Part shown: in pieces, positions 17,465-26,500 of the stretch | Numbering within the stretch: the first letter of the stretch is position 1 | Layout: each line of letters opens with the position of its first letter | Assembly (NCBI GenBank): GCA_035491875.1 | Contig: DATJKB010000744.1 | Coordinates: 919-64,918 of the forward strand | Source of the DNA: Pyrinomonadaceae bacterium | GTDB lineage: Bacteria; Acidobacteriota; Blastocatellia; Pyrinomonadales; Pyrinomonadaceae | Direction of reading: 5' to 3' | Length of the DNA: 64,000 nucleotides | Translations under genes and position numbers: made by a program | The notes under the pieces: model-generated | Seen by the model: the letters and a program-made list of their open reading frames with translations, nothing else | Database searches by the model: none | Told to the model about the DNA's origin: nothing

Positions 17465-17515
17465 GACTAGCGCGATCTGCAAAATGACAGGCGGGGCTCG
17501 GTTCGAGCTGCGACC
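17434..17515 (-). repeat. Structured ~85-nt element, copy B
   Basis: Direct repeat of 15293..15377 (see that entry). It spans the gap between the stop codons of the HNH gene and the 67-aa gene. Confidence 0.6.
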
Positions 17516-17718
17516 TAAGAAGTTGTCAATCCAAGCTGTTGAATTACCGCACTATCGATGTACTTCGCGGCCCGGCGCTGGGCCAGTAGAAACTCTCTCA
17601 TCTCCTCGCGCACAATGCGTCTGATTTCGACCTCAAGCGCTTCAGTCAGCCGGATTCTATCACCGATTGGCTCGGTTGCAACAGGTTTTATCAGGCGGGG
17701 GATGGATTGGGTGCTCAT
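17515..17718 (-). CDS. Hypothetical protein (67 aa)
   Basis: Track ORF, co-oriented and 6 nt from the upstream gene. Confidence 0.4.
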   Translation of the reverse strand: MSTQSIPRLIKPVATEPIGDRIRLTEALEVEIRRIVREEMREFLLAQRRAAKYIDSAVIQQLGLTTS

Positions 17719-17724
17719 TCGGAA

Positions 17725-18054
17725 TCAATCTTGCCTGCCGTAAATTGCTTCCATTGTGTGTTTATCGTTTGCGCGAGCCTGTTTTAACATCAACTCAATC
17801 GTGCCATCGGGATCTGGACGTTTAAGGTATTTGGCTTTCCACGTCTCAGTACAAGCACACGGTTCCTTACCGCCGCACCACCACTGATGCTGTTTTAGGC
17901 TAGGAATAATAGTTCCTGCCAAGATTTCTAGATCGTCCGGCTCACATGGACCTTCATGGGCCATAGGCAAATCGCAAAGCAATGAAAATCTCCATCCGTT
18001 TCGTTCGATGCTTGGTAGCCGCTTCCCGCATTTTAGGCTGCTAAATTTGCTCAC
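17725..18054 (-). CDS. Hypothetical Cys-rich protein (109 aa)
   Basis: Track ORF with a 4-nt overlap to the portal stop. Confidence 0.45.
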   Translation of the reverse strand: MSKFSSLKCGKRLPSIERNGWRFSLLCDLPMAHEGPCEPDDLEILAGTIIPSLKQHQWWCGGKEPCACTETWKAKYLKRPDPDGTIELMLKQARANDKHTMEAIYGRQD

Positions 18055-19463
18055 GAAACCAACCTCGCTGTTGAAATTGCCGGACTAGGTTTTACCCCAC
18101 TTGTGCCGTTATCGCTTGCACCGTTTCCATTGTTACTCGCAGTTGCGGTCGTAGTCGCAGGAGCAGCGGCATGAGCTGGCGCAGTGGCATCGCGCGCCTG
18201 CGTTGCCCCACCTCTCGGGACGAAATATACGTCGTCAGCCTCAGTTGCGTCCAGTCCGATCGCTCGACGGTACTCAGCGCGAGTAATTCCGCCGCCTAAA
18301 TAATCCTCGCGAATACGTTTGTGACGAGCAGTTTCATCCTCTTGCAGTGCCTTCACATCGGCAGTGTCGTAGAAGACGTAGTGGTTAGGCTGGTTATCAA
18401 AATCGGGCAGCAGGTGATGCGTGAGAGTCTCAGCAAGGTGCTTCCAAAGAGGGACTAGGTAGTTATTAGTAAACCTTTGCTGGCTCTGGAATACATTATT
18501 ATAAATCGAATGCTCCCCCGCCGAGCCAAACTCCATTACCGTACCCGGAATCCCCTTCACCGCGCAAAATCTCTCTTCAGCGAGATAGCGTTGTAGTCTC
18601 AGGTCTAATTCCTGTGGCGAAAACTGCAACTTCTTCGGCTCAGCGTTGGTGATGATCGGCGGCGTGAATTTCTTATCACCGGAGATCTGCGCCATCAGCA
18701 GCTTCTTGATGTTGTTGATGTCTTCCTGCCCGAGTTCGCCAGCTTTATTGTCGATGGACAGGAAGTAGCGGAACCCAGCATCATTCGCCATCAAATTCGC
18801 ATACCAGTTTGCCGATTCGTTGTCACCGAAGATCTCGCGGAAGATGGCGGGGGTGGACGCGAGTCCATAGCGGGGGTTGGCGGGGTCTAGGCCATTGCGG
18901 AAGTGGATGACATCAGTGACAGGGATCGGCAACCAGTCTGGGCCGCGTTTAACTTCATAGTGGGAGATGAAGGACGATCCGTCTTCGGGGTACCTAGCCC
19001 GGATCGTACCATGCGGCTCATACCAAAGTTCTTTCACCCGCCCTTGATCGTTGCGCTCTTTGCGAATGTAAGCGTTGTCGGTCATCACCCAACTGGTGGA
19101 GACGGCTTTGAGCATCGTCGGGGCATCGTAGAAGTCGTTGGGCCGATACCAGAGTTTGACGAGGGAGTGGTTATCGACGATCACTTCCTCGTTCCCTTGC
19201 TGCTCGCGGACTTGCAGCTCAGCTTCAGAGGCAGAGTTACCCACTGCGGTTACTGCGGCCATCATCAACGACGACATCGTGAGATCGCCGACCGCGGAGG
19301 CGTAGTCGCGCTCAGTTCCTTTGAAGCCGATGAGGAGTTGATTAACCGCTTGATCGAAGTCGGCCCATGTCGGGAAGACGGAGACGAGGTTGGGTGGGGA
19401 AGGCGCAGGGAAGCGGAGTGACTTCCATGCAGCGGACATTCGATCTAGAAAGTTGAGGGCCAT
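18051..19463 (-). CDS. Portal protein (HK97 family)
   Basis: 470 aa with a typical portal-family core (...WYRPNDFYD...ANLMANDAGFRYFLS...). The C-terminal tail is Ala/Thr/Ser-rich. It lies upstream of the protease-capsid block. Confidence 0.9.
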   Translation of the reverse strand: MALNFLDRMSAAWKSLRFPAPSPPNLVSVFPTWADFDQAVNQLLIGFKGTERDYASAVGDLTMSSLMMAAVTAVGNSASEAELQVREQQGNEEVIVDNHSLVKLWYRPNDFYDAPTMLKAVSTSWVMTDNAYIRKERNDQGRVKELWYEPHGTIRARYPEDGSSFISHYEVKRGPDWLPIPVTDVIHFRNGLDPANPRYGLASTPAIFREIFGDNESANWYANLMANDAGFRYFLSIDNKAGELGQEDINNIKKLLMAQISGDKKFTPPIITNAEPKKLQFSPQELDLRLQRYLAEERFCAVKGIPGTVMEFGSAGEHSIYNNVFQSQQRFTNNYLVPLWKHLAETLTHHLLPDFDNQPNHYVFYDTADVKALQEDETARHKRIREDYLGGGITRAEYRRAIGLDATEADDVYFVPRGGATQARDATAPAHAAAPATTTATASNNGNGASDNGTSGVKPSPAISTARLVS

Positions 19464-19466
19464 CGC

Positions 19467-19706
19467 TTAACGGGAATCGGTCGTTACTATCCTAAGAATA
19501 GTCGGCTTATCGTCACTCGCTACAATGATCGTCATGCTGTCGCCGTCGTATAAATCAATCGGGAAGTCATCGTTAGAAACAATGAGCGCAACGGGTGGTC
19601 CAGCTTCTGGACGTAGCTTGTGACGACGGGTAAGTAGCCCACTGCGAATCTCTGACAGCGGACGCTTGGTCTCCAGTAGCTCTTTAGTTAATTTAAGCTC
19701 GGCCAT
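19467..19706 (-). CDS. Hypothetical protein (79 aa)
   Basis: Track ORF, abutting its neighbours. Confidence 0.4.
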   Translation of the reverse strand: MAELKLTKELLETKRPLSEIRSGLLTRRHKLRPEAGPPVALIVSNDDFPIDLYDGDSMTIIVASDDKPTILRIVTTDSR

Positions 19707-19907
19707 TTAGTCCCAGTCGTCAGCTTCTTCAAAAGTAACCTTTAGACCAAGTTTTTGCCACAGCGGATCAAGGGAACCGGAACGAAGGTCCATGTCGTCA
19801 GAGCGAATCTTTGTTAAACTCTCCCCGTCCAGCAGCACGTCATATTCAGGTTCCTCAAGGTACGAACCATCATCTTCAGGTATCGGTCGAAAGATAAGTT
19901 CCCGCAT
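19707..19907 (-). CDS. Hypothetical acidic protein (66 aa)
   Basis: Track ORF 19707..19940. The start was moved to ATG 19907, which overlaps the upstream stop (TGATG). Confidence 0.4.
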   Translation of the reverse strand: MRELIFRPIPEDDGSYLEEPEYDVLLDGESLTKIRSDDMDLRSGSLDPLWQKLGLKVTFEEADDWD

Positions 19908-20176
19908 CACCGCTCCTTCACCAGCACGTAGATCGTCCAATCATCCTCTCTAGCACCCGCTGTCTTGACGTGATTCGTGATTGCGTAGCGCTTGCCTTTC
20001 ACTCCACCCGACAACCAGACGACGGTGTTAGAGGGATCGAGAATCGCGTCCGATTCGACCATGATGCCGCTGTCAGCGGAGAACACACTCGTCTGAATCG
20101 TATCCCCTGCAAGATAAGTAGACCAATCGAAGGGATAGTCGAGCACGGCGTTTGGATCTTGGATGAAGGGGGTCAT
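19907..20176 (-). CDS. Conserved phage protein of unknown function
   Basis: 89 aa. The pattern DPNAVLDYPFDWSTYLAGDTIQTS...VWLSGGVKGKRYAITNHVKTAGAREDDWTIYVLV recurs in many tailed-phage structural regions. Confidence 0.5.
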   Translation of the reverse strand: MTPFIQDPNAVLDYPFDWSTYLAGDTIQTSVFSADSGIMVESDAILDPSNTVVWLSGGVKGKRYAITNHVKTAGAREDDWTIYVLVKER

Positions 20177-20370
20177 TGCTTAACGGGGTTTACGTTGGGA
20201 ATGATGTCACGCTCAAGAAATTGCATCGTGCGCTCACACTGACAACCATCTTGCCAGACTTTTTCTAGAAGCTGAGCAAGCGCCCATTCCGATCTTTGGT
20301 CTAATTTGTGCAGCCGCGCAAAAACACGGGCTTCAACTTTCGACGTTTCACTAATTTCGATGTCAGCCAC
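20173..20370 (-). CDS. Hypothetical protein (65 aa)
   Basis: Track ORF with a GTG start and a 4-nt overlap downstream. Confidence 0.4.
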   Translation of the reverse strand: MADIEISETSKVEARVFARLHKLDQRSEWALAQLLEKVWQDGCQCERTMQFLERDIIPNVNPVKQ

Positions 20371-20542
20371 GTATTATCCCCTTCCCTACTGTGACGGGAG
20401 TCCAATCGGATAGTACTACATCGCTTGCGTCTTGCTTGTCCGCGAACCAGATGCCAAAGTCGTAGACATCCTTGTACGCTTCGTCGTCAACTTCAGCGCC
20501 GTACTGCTTAATCAGGTCACGCAACTCTGCGGGGTCGATCAT
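20363..20542 (-). CDS. Hypothetical acidic protein (59 aa)
   Basis: Hand-found: MIDPAELRDLIKQYGAEVDDEAYKDVYDFGIWFADKQDASDVVLSDWTPVTVGKGIIRG. It has an ATGA overlap with the transferase gene stop. Confidence 0.35.
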   Translation of the reverse strand: MIDPAELRDLIKQYGAEVDDEAYKDVYDFGIWFADKQDASDVVLSDWTPVTVGKGIIRG

Positions 20543-21858
20543 TTCTTTTTACTCTTGGACGAAGACTTAGTTGCCACCTTCCGCTTCTTGTACCCATTAC
20601 TCGACAAACTCATTTCATGATGGGCCTTTCCGTTGTTGGTAAACCGTCTGACTGATTTGGGTGGCTGGCCCAGACTCGGCAAGTCAGCGGGTGGCTGTCG
20701 CCATGCTCTACAATAGATATTGTAACCGGACAACTGAAAATCAACCCGTTTAAACTCGCGCTCTTTTAGCATAACTTCCAAAGTCTGTGGAGTAAAGAAG
20801 AATTGATGGAAGTTCTCTTTGTAGGTTTGGGCTCCCAGAACGACATTCATCACGTCGTCATCGACCTTGTTCTGCATGATGCGCTCTGCGGCCCATTGGA
20901 TATTCGGGAGCACGAGTCGCAGTTCACCGTCTGGTTTGAGTACGCGAACCGCTTCGTCCATGACTTTGACGACATCCGCACGGGAGAAATGTTCAAACAC
21001 GTGCGAACTATAGACTTGATCAAATTCCCCGGTCGCGAATGGTAGTTGACGCAGATCCGCACGGTAGTCAGGGTTAACATCCTCGCGAATATCGACTGTC
21101 AATACGTCACCTTCATCAGACTGGTATTTACTCTCACCACAGCCTAAGTCGAGAATCTTTTTCTGACCCTTGACTGCGGTAGTGGCGCGGCGCATCGGCG
21201 GGGAGTCGGCTGGGAGCGTCGTCGCAGTCATCGTGTTGTAATCCCAGTGTTCGCACAGGACCGCGCCGTCAGCGTAGATCTTAAACCCTGCGTCTCTTAC
21301 CAGTTTTGAAAACCAAAGATCTTCCGTCCACACTTCTGCTTTCGTCTTGCCGTCGAAGTATGCGCTGAGATCGTCAACTGTGCGAAACCAAGGCTTAGGC
21401 AAGTGCTTGAAGACTTCCGTTTTGATCAACGTGCAGCCCATCGCAATGCCATCAACTTCAAATAGCTCGCCCGCTTTCCAATCGAAGTATGGACCAGCGC
21501 CCATACCGCGAAACACCATCGGCATTGCAGGCGGAGATTTATGGCAGTAGATACCGCCGATGACCATTGCCTCTGGCCTGTTCTCGGCTTGATAGATGAG
21601 CTGACGCAAAGTGTGGCCCGGTGCAACGACATCTTCGTCAAGGGTAAAAAGGTAACGGGCTCCGTTTGCGATCGCCTGCTCAGCGAAGTAATTGCGCGCT
21701 TCTGCAATCGGCGCTTTCCACGTATGGCAAGTGATGACGTTGTAGCACATGGGCGGATGGAGGGCCGCGTAACCGAAGGCCCACTGCGGCACGATGGGCC
21801 GACCGCTGAGGGGAATACCAATCATTAGACCAGTGAACATTGGGTAGTGTCCAGACAT
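20539..21858 (-). CDS. Bifunctional GT-A glycosyltransferase / class I SAM methyltransferase fusion
   Basis: 439 aa. The N-terminal half has a DxD-type motif (LFTLDEDVV) and TEDLWFSKLVRDAGFKIY..CEHW. The C-terminal half has methyltransferase motif I ILDLGCGES, then FDQVYSSHVFEHF and LKPDGELRLVLPN. The tail is basic. Confidence 0.8.
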   Translation of the reverse strand: MSGHYPMFTGLMIGIPLSGRPIVPQWAFGYAALHPPMCYNVITCHTWKAPIAEARNYFAEQAIANGARYLFTLDEDVVAPGHTLRQLIYQAENRPEAMVIGGIYCHKSPPAMPMVFRGMGAGPYFDWKAGELFEVDGIAMGCTLIKTEVFKHLPKPWFRTVDDLSAYFDGKTKAEVWTEDLWFSKLVRDAGFKIYADGAVLCEHWDYNTMTATTLPADSPPMRRATTAVKGQKKILDLGCGESKYQSDEGDVLTVDIREDVNPDYRADLRQLPFATGEFDQVYSSHVFEHFSRADVVKVMDEAVRVLKPDGELRLVLPNIQWAAERIMQNKVDDDVMNVVLGAQTYKENFHQFFFTPQTLEVMLKEREFKRVDFQLSGYNIYCRAWRQPPADLPSLGQPPKSVRRFTNNGKAHHEMSLSSNGYKKRKVATKSSSKSKKK

Positions 21859-21873
21859 TCAGTCTCCTTATAG

Positions 21874-22107
21874 TTAGAATTCGTCGGTGCGGCGAAACTC
21901 TCTTCCGAGGCTTGTAGTACTAAACATAGCAGTGCTTATCATCGTATGCTCACCAAAGTAGCCGGAGGTACTAAAGTATCCGCGCTCACGGGGATCGACT
22001 CCCGCTCGTAGTCGAATCGGATCACCTTGATGAACGTAGCGATTAGGCGCACCACAACCAGCACAGGTTTCGTCTCTTACGAATCGTCCACAGTATTCAC
22101 AGTTCAT
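21874..22107 (-). CDS. Zinc-ribbon protein (77 aa)
   Basis: Motif: MNCEYCGRFVRDETCAGCGAPN (CxxC...CxxC). Confidence 0.45.
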   Translation of the reverse strand: MNCEYCGRFVRDETCAGCGAPNRYVHQGDPIRLRAGVDPRERGYFSTSGYFGEHTMISTAMFSTTSLGREFRRTDEF

Positions 22108-22108
22108 T

Positions 22109-22330
22109 TCAATTCAGCCTTCCATTGCTCGAAACAGTTGACGCAGGCTTCAACTTGTACCTCAGTCGCAACCTGTCCACACTCACCGCGAAGTGATTCT
22201 CGTCGAAAGTGAACGGCAGCCCGCACTCGTCGCAGTGGATTGTCACTTCAGCGATGAACTCAATCGGAGAGCGATCGACGATGCGCCCTACTTCAACCGA
22301 GCCGCTGAAGGATTCGTGCGTGCAGGTCAT
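22109..22330 (-). CDS. Hypothetical protein (73 aa)
   Basis: Track ORF, tightly packed. Confidence 0.4.
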   Translation of the reverse strand: MTCTHESFSGSVEVGRIVDRSPIEFIAEVTIHCDECGLPFTFDENHFAVSVDRLRLRYKLKPASTVSSNGRLN

Positions 22331-22521
22331 CGAGATTCATCTCCGTCATGATCGCGATACTTGGTAATCTGAACAACTCCACCTTCAAATAACTGATCGT
22401 CTTCCGATGAATCGCCAACCCCATACTCAGCTAATTGTTGAAAGTGGGCCGCAAGCCGCTTGAAAGCATCGTCAATGTTCTCAGCCTCAAAGGTCGCATT
22501 GGCAAACAAGCAAAATTTCAT
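22327..22521 (-). CDS. Hypothetical acidic protein (64 aa)
   Basis: Track ORF with 4-nt overlaps. Confidence 0.4.
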   Translation of the reverse strand: MKFCLFANATFEAENIDDAFKRLAAHFQQLAEYGVGDSSEDDQLFEGGVVQITKYRDHDGDESR

Positions 22522-22775
22522 AGCTCCTCATAATCCCGCTTCAATGTCTCCCTTGTCGTCGTGTATTCCTCACTACAATCCTTCACCTTCACGAGAAAGA
22601 GGTCGTTGGGATCGTCTGAGGATGGATCAACCAAGCACCGCACGAAGACGATTGCCGGATTGCGCAAGTAGCGCTTTGTGCAGGAGTGGTTCTCAGTTGC
22701 GACCTGACCGCAGAGGCCGCAGTTGAGTGTGATTGAGACGCCATCAGCTACTGCGAGTTTGTCGGAGAAGGCCAT
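22518..22775 (-). CDS. Hypothetical protein (85 aa)
   Basis: Track ORF with a 4-nt overlap. Confidence 0.4.
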   Translation of the reverse strand: MAFSDKLAVADGVSITLNCGLCGQVATENHSCTKRYLRNPAIVFVRCLVDPSSDDPNDLFLVKVKDCSEEYTTTRETLKRDYEEL

Positions 22776-22994
22776 TCACTTCACCTCAAAGTTTGGTTCA
22801 GGGGAGAACTCAACTTCCAGTCCGTAGATCTTTGGCCTGCCGGACGTGAGTGGATACATTGGCAGCAAGGGCACGAGTTCATCAACGAGCGCATCCCAGC
22901 TACGGGTATCACAGACCAGCCGCTCCGGCTTCTTACCTATTTGCTGCATCACGACTATCTGCTGACGGATGTTATTGAGCAGGAATTCCCCCAC
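22776..22994 (-). CDS. Hypothetical protein (72 aa)
   Basis: Track ORF, abutting the previous gene. Confidence 0.4.
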   Translation of the reverse strand: MGEFLLNNIRQQIVVMQQIGKKPERLVCDTRSWDALVDELVPLLPMYPLTSGRPKIYGLEVEFSPEPNFEVK

Positions 22995-23178
22995 TGTCCC
23001 TCCTCTCCACCGCCCGTCGATACGAATTGATGAACCGAATCACACTGTCGTCGGATTCCATCTGCGGCATGTTGAGTAGTTGATCCACGATCGCCTGCGC
23101 TTTGTCCGCGTTATCAGGGTGGTGCTCGTTGATGTCGGCGACGATCAGTTCGCGGAGTTGGATGCGGGCGGTGCTCAT
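22972..23178 (-). CDS. Hypothetical protein (68 aa)
   Basis: Track ORF. Confidence 0.4.
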   Translation of the reverse strand: MSTARIQLRELIVADINEHHPDNADKAQAIVDQLLNMPQMESDDSVIRFINSYRRAVERRDSGGIPAQ

Positions 23179-23183
23179 TGAGA

Positions 23184-23495
23184 TTATTTAATGAAGCGCC
23201 GAACTACGTAACCTCGATAACGATTAGCGTCGAACCCCGGACACTGGAAAAGCCCCTGCGCGGTGAATACCCATTCTCCTGCATTGGCTGAACGCATAGT
23301 CTTCTCGATTTCAACGGTGACAATCGTACTACTATCAGTCGCCGATACAGGGATTTTTAACTGGGCCGTCAGTGCAGTATTCTTAGCTTTCAGATTTTCG
23401 ATTTCGTTCTCAGCGCTTCCTAACTGGCAACGCAGTGCGGCAACCTGTTTATTCAGGGCCTTGTTGGACCTTTGCGCAATATCGAGAGCGTTCAT
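23184..23495 (-). CDS. Hypothetical coiled-coil protein (103 aa)
   Basis: Track ORF. The N-terminal half shows a heptad-like pattern (ALNKQVAALRCQLGSAENEIENLKAKNTALTAQL). Confidence 0.45.
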   Translation of the reverse strand: MNALDIAQRSNKALNKQVAALRCQLGSAENEIENLKAKNTALTAQLKIPVSATDSSTIVTVEIEKTMRSANAGEWVFTAQGLFQCPGFDANRYRGYVVRRFIK

Positions 23496-23590
23496 TGAAT
23501 CGTTACCGTTTAGAATTTCACTAATCGACAGTCGATTCTCAAAGGCATCAGGTACGCCATCGCCATCGCTATCTGGATAAACATCTAAAG

Positions 23591-26500
23591 CTAATTCAGC
23601 CTTGCTCGTTCGATTCTCGTCATTCTGTCACTCGGCGGCACTACAATTCCTGTTCGTTTAGCTGGGATCGTCACCCTCGCGCGGGATGGTACTACAATAT
23701 GTCGTTTAGCGCTAGGGGTGTAGGGATAGCGGAGGTCGAAATAGTGGTCAGTAAGTGTGATCGTATCGGTGAGTTGCAACTCGATGCGTAGTTCATTGCC
23801 GAGCGAGATCGAGATCGCGTCGGTCAGTAGCAACGAATCACTCGGCGCCTCGTCCAAGTCCGGCCCGCGCAGGTCAATGGCGACACTGTCTGAGATGACG
23901 AGCGTGTCGTCGAACTCAATGAACCCAGCGCTGAACTTCGCGAGCGAGTCAGTGAGTGCGAGCGCGTCGCTGAGTTGAAGCTGGCCTGTACCAAACAAGG
24001 AAACTGAGTCAGTGAAGATTGGCCCATTATCCGCGATAATCAGGGTTAGACCAGGGGTAAACAGGGCGGAATCAGCTAATAATGCAACATTATCCGCAAG
24101 TGAGAGGATGTGGGTGAGAGTGGTGGTGGACGAGTCGGTGAGGGCGATCGAATCAGACGTAGCGAGTTCGTAACCCAATTGCAACTGAACACTATCGGTG
24201 AGTGTGAGTGAGTCAGCAAGAGACTGATTATAGCTGAGTGTCGTTGCGATGGAATCCGTCAGCGTAAAACTATCAGCGAGTTGCGTGCGATATGACAGGT
24301 TGAGTTGTACGTCATCAGTTAGAGTGAGGTTGTCCGAGAACGCGAGATTGTAACTCACACGCAGGGAGATATTATCGCTGAGCGAGAGCACATCCGCATT
24401 CGCAATCTCATAACCCACCTGCAACTGGATTGAATCACCGAAGACGAGAGCGTCAGTCAGTGGGAGCAAGTGGTTCAAAGTGGGAAAGATCGAGTCCGAG
24501 AGTGCGAAGAGATCGCTAAAGGAAGTTCGCAAACCTTCGATCAATGCCGAGGAATCGTCGAGATTCGCCACCGTGTCGGCGACGGAGAGCAAGTAGTCGA
24601 GTCTGAGTAAAACTTCATCAGTGAGCGGTGTAAGCGCATCTGTCACGCCAACCTCGCGCAACGGCCCCTGTGGCGCACTAGTGAGGATGTCGTCCATGAG
24701 GAAACTGGCGTCGTCGGTGAGAGCGAGGCCATAGCCGAGGACGAGGGAATCGATTAACGTGATGGAGTCACTGAAGCTCAGTACTTCGCCAAGCGTGAAA
24801 GTGAGTGAATCGCTGAGAGTGTTGAGCGAGTCGGTAAAGGTTAGCCGTTGTTCAAGTCGCTGCGTCTCATTATCGAGAAGATTGTCGATTGAGTCGGCGA
24901 ATTGCAGCTCATAGGCGAGTCGGAGCGAGACGTTGTCTGCGAGAACTAGCGAATCACTGAAATTGAGGAGTTCGTTAAGTCTGACTGAGATCGAGTCGGT
25001 AAAGGTTGCAACGTTATCCGTGAATAGTAGTCCGAAGCCGAGTGCGACCTCGTCAGTAAGGACGAGTAGGTCTGAGAAAGCGCGCAACTGGTCTAGTCGA
25101 TGTGACTCAGCGTCCGTGAGCAGAAGTGAATCACTCGCGCTCTCTGCATAGCCGAGGGTGATGACAACGCTATCAATAATGATGAGTGAATCGCTGAAGT
25201 CGAGTAAGTGATCGAGTTGCGTGGAGATCGAGTCAGTAAGAATCGCAGCAGTATCTGCGAAAATTAACCCAATACCCAACGCAAGTGAGTCAGTGAGTGT
25301 GATCGTCTCCGTGAAAGTGAATCGATAACTTAGCTCGTTAGTCTCCGCGTCAGTCAGAACGAGAGTGTCAGTCGCTTGTTCCTCGTAGCCTAGTGTCGTT
25401 AACTCACTGTCGGTGAGAGTGAGCGAGTCGGAGAGTGCTGCTAGCTGGCCCAACTGGAGACTGACACTGTCATTAAACGACTGGAGCGAGTCGGAAAATT
25501 GGGCGAGATAGCCGAGTTGAACCGCAACGCTATCAGTGAGCGAGACTGAATCAACGCAACTCAATCCATGTCCCAGCGCGCACGAATCATCCAGTGACAG
25601 TTGATCGTCTAGCTCCAGCTCCAGCACGCTGCTGATGACATGCAGGTGGAGAGTGAAGGCGTCAGTGAGAGCGAGAGAGTCTGAAGTACGCAACTCTCCG
25701 TCACTGTGCAGATTGAGAGTCTCGGTCAGTGCATCCAGCGCCTCTGTTATCAGCAACCCGTAACCAATCGCGAAAGGCGTAGTCGCACCCTCTTGAACTT
25801 GAGAGATTGATAAATGCGCAATCGCCGAATCGCCACTGTCGAACGTTCCATTGATGGCGATCCGCAATATCGTCGAGGTAAAGACGTGCTCGACAGTGGT
25901 ATTGTTCGCAGGCCAATTAGCGGCGGTATGGATCGTCCCCGTGGCGTCGGCGAATTCTCCGGCGTTGGTATCTATCGGGCTAAAGGTAATGAACGGCGTG
26001 TTGTTGTCTCGTACTTCAATATAGCTCCGCGCACTGGCGCTGAAGTCACCAATAGCCAGACCGACGCGATACGTACCAGCGGTAGGAAGATCGAGACGGA
26101 AGACGTACGTAGCCTCTTCTTCGTTAGTAGCAAGGTGCGCTCCGGCCAGTCTCGGATCAGTGCCAGTGGAGCGATCGACACGGGCTATTCCCGGTATTTG
26201 ATAACCGAAATTAAAGTCATCCCGGGTAACAGGATAGGTATTCGATAGTACGTAGGTCTGATCTGCGCCATCGGTGACGAAGGTAGAAGTGGAGCGAAAG
26301 TTGAATCCGTGCGTTAGCTCGGGAATCGAGTCCGATAGAGTGATTAAGTCTGAAAAAGCAAGCTGGATAGTAACGAGGCGAGATTCATCGTCCGTGAGCG
26401 GTTCGAGTGAATCGGTGAGGGCGAGAGTTATGCCAAGTTGGATAGTTGCGGCATCAGCCGTGTTGAATGAGTTGTCTGCGAGCGCCAGTCGTTGCGAGAG

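Larger units (their letters stand above)
15293..17515. mobile_element. Putative homing-endonuclease cassette bracketed by the two 85-nt direct repeats
   Basis: The segment interrupts the usual portal-protease adjacency. It contains two endonuclease genes, each with its own extended -10 promoter, plus one 174-aa gene. Confidence 0.4.

Noticed and set aside
17478-17512. GGTTCGAGC motif considered as a tRNA T loop
   Set aside because: It forms a 5-bp hairpin with a 3-nt loop (GCTCG-GTT-CGAGC), not a T arm. It corresponds to hairpin 1 of the 85-nt repeat element.
23700-25750. 60-nt periodic repeats considered as a possible CRISPR array or non-coding satellite
   Set aside because: The periodicity is in frame within one uninterrupted 1286-codon ORF. 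Units are degenerate at the nucleotide level and there is no repeat-spacer alternation.
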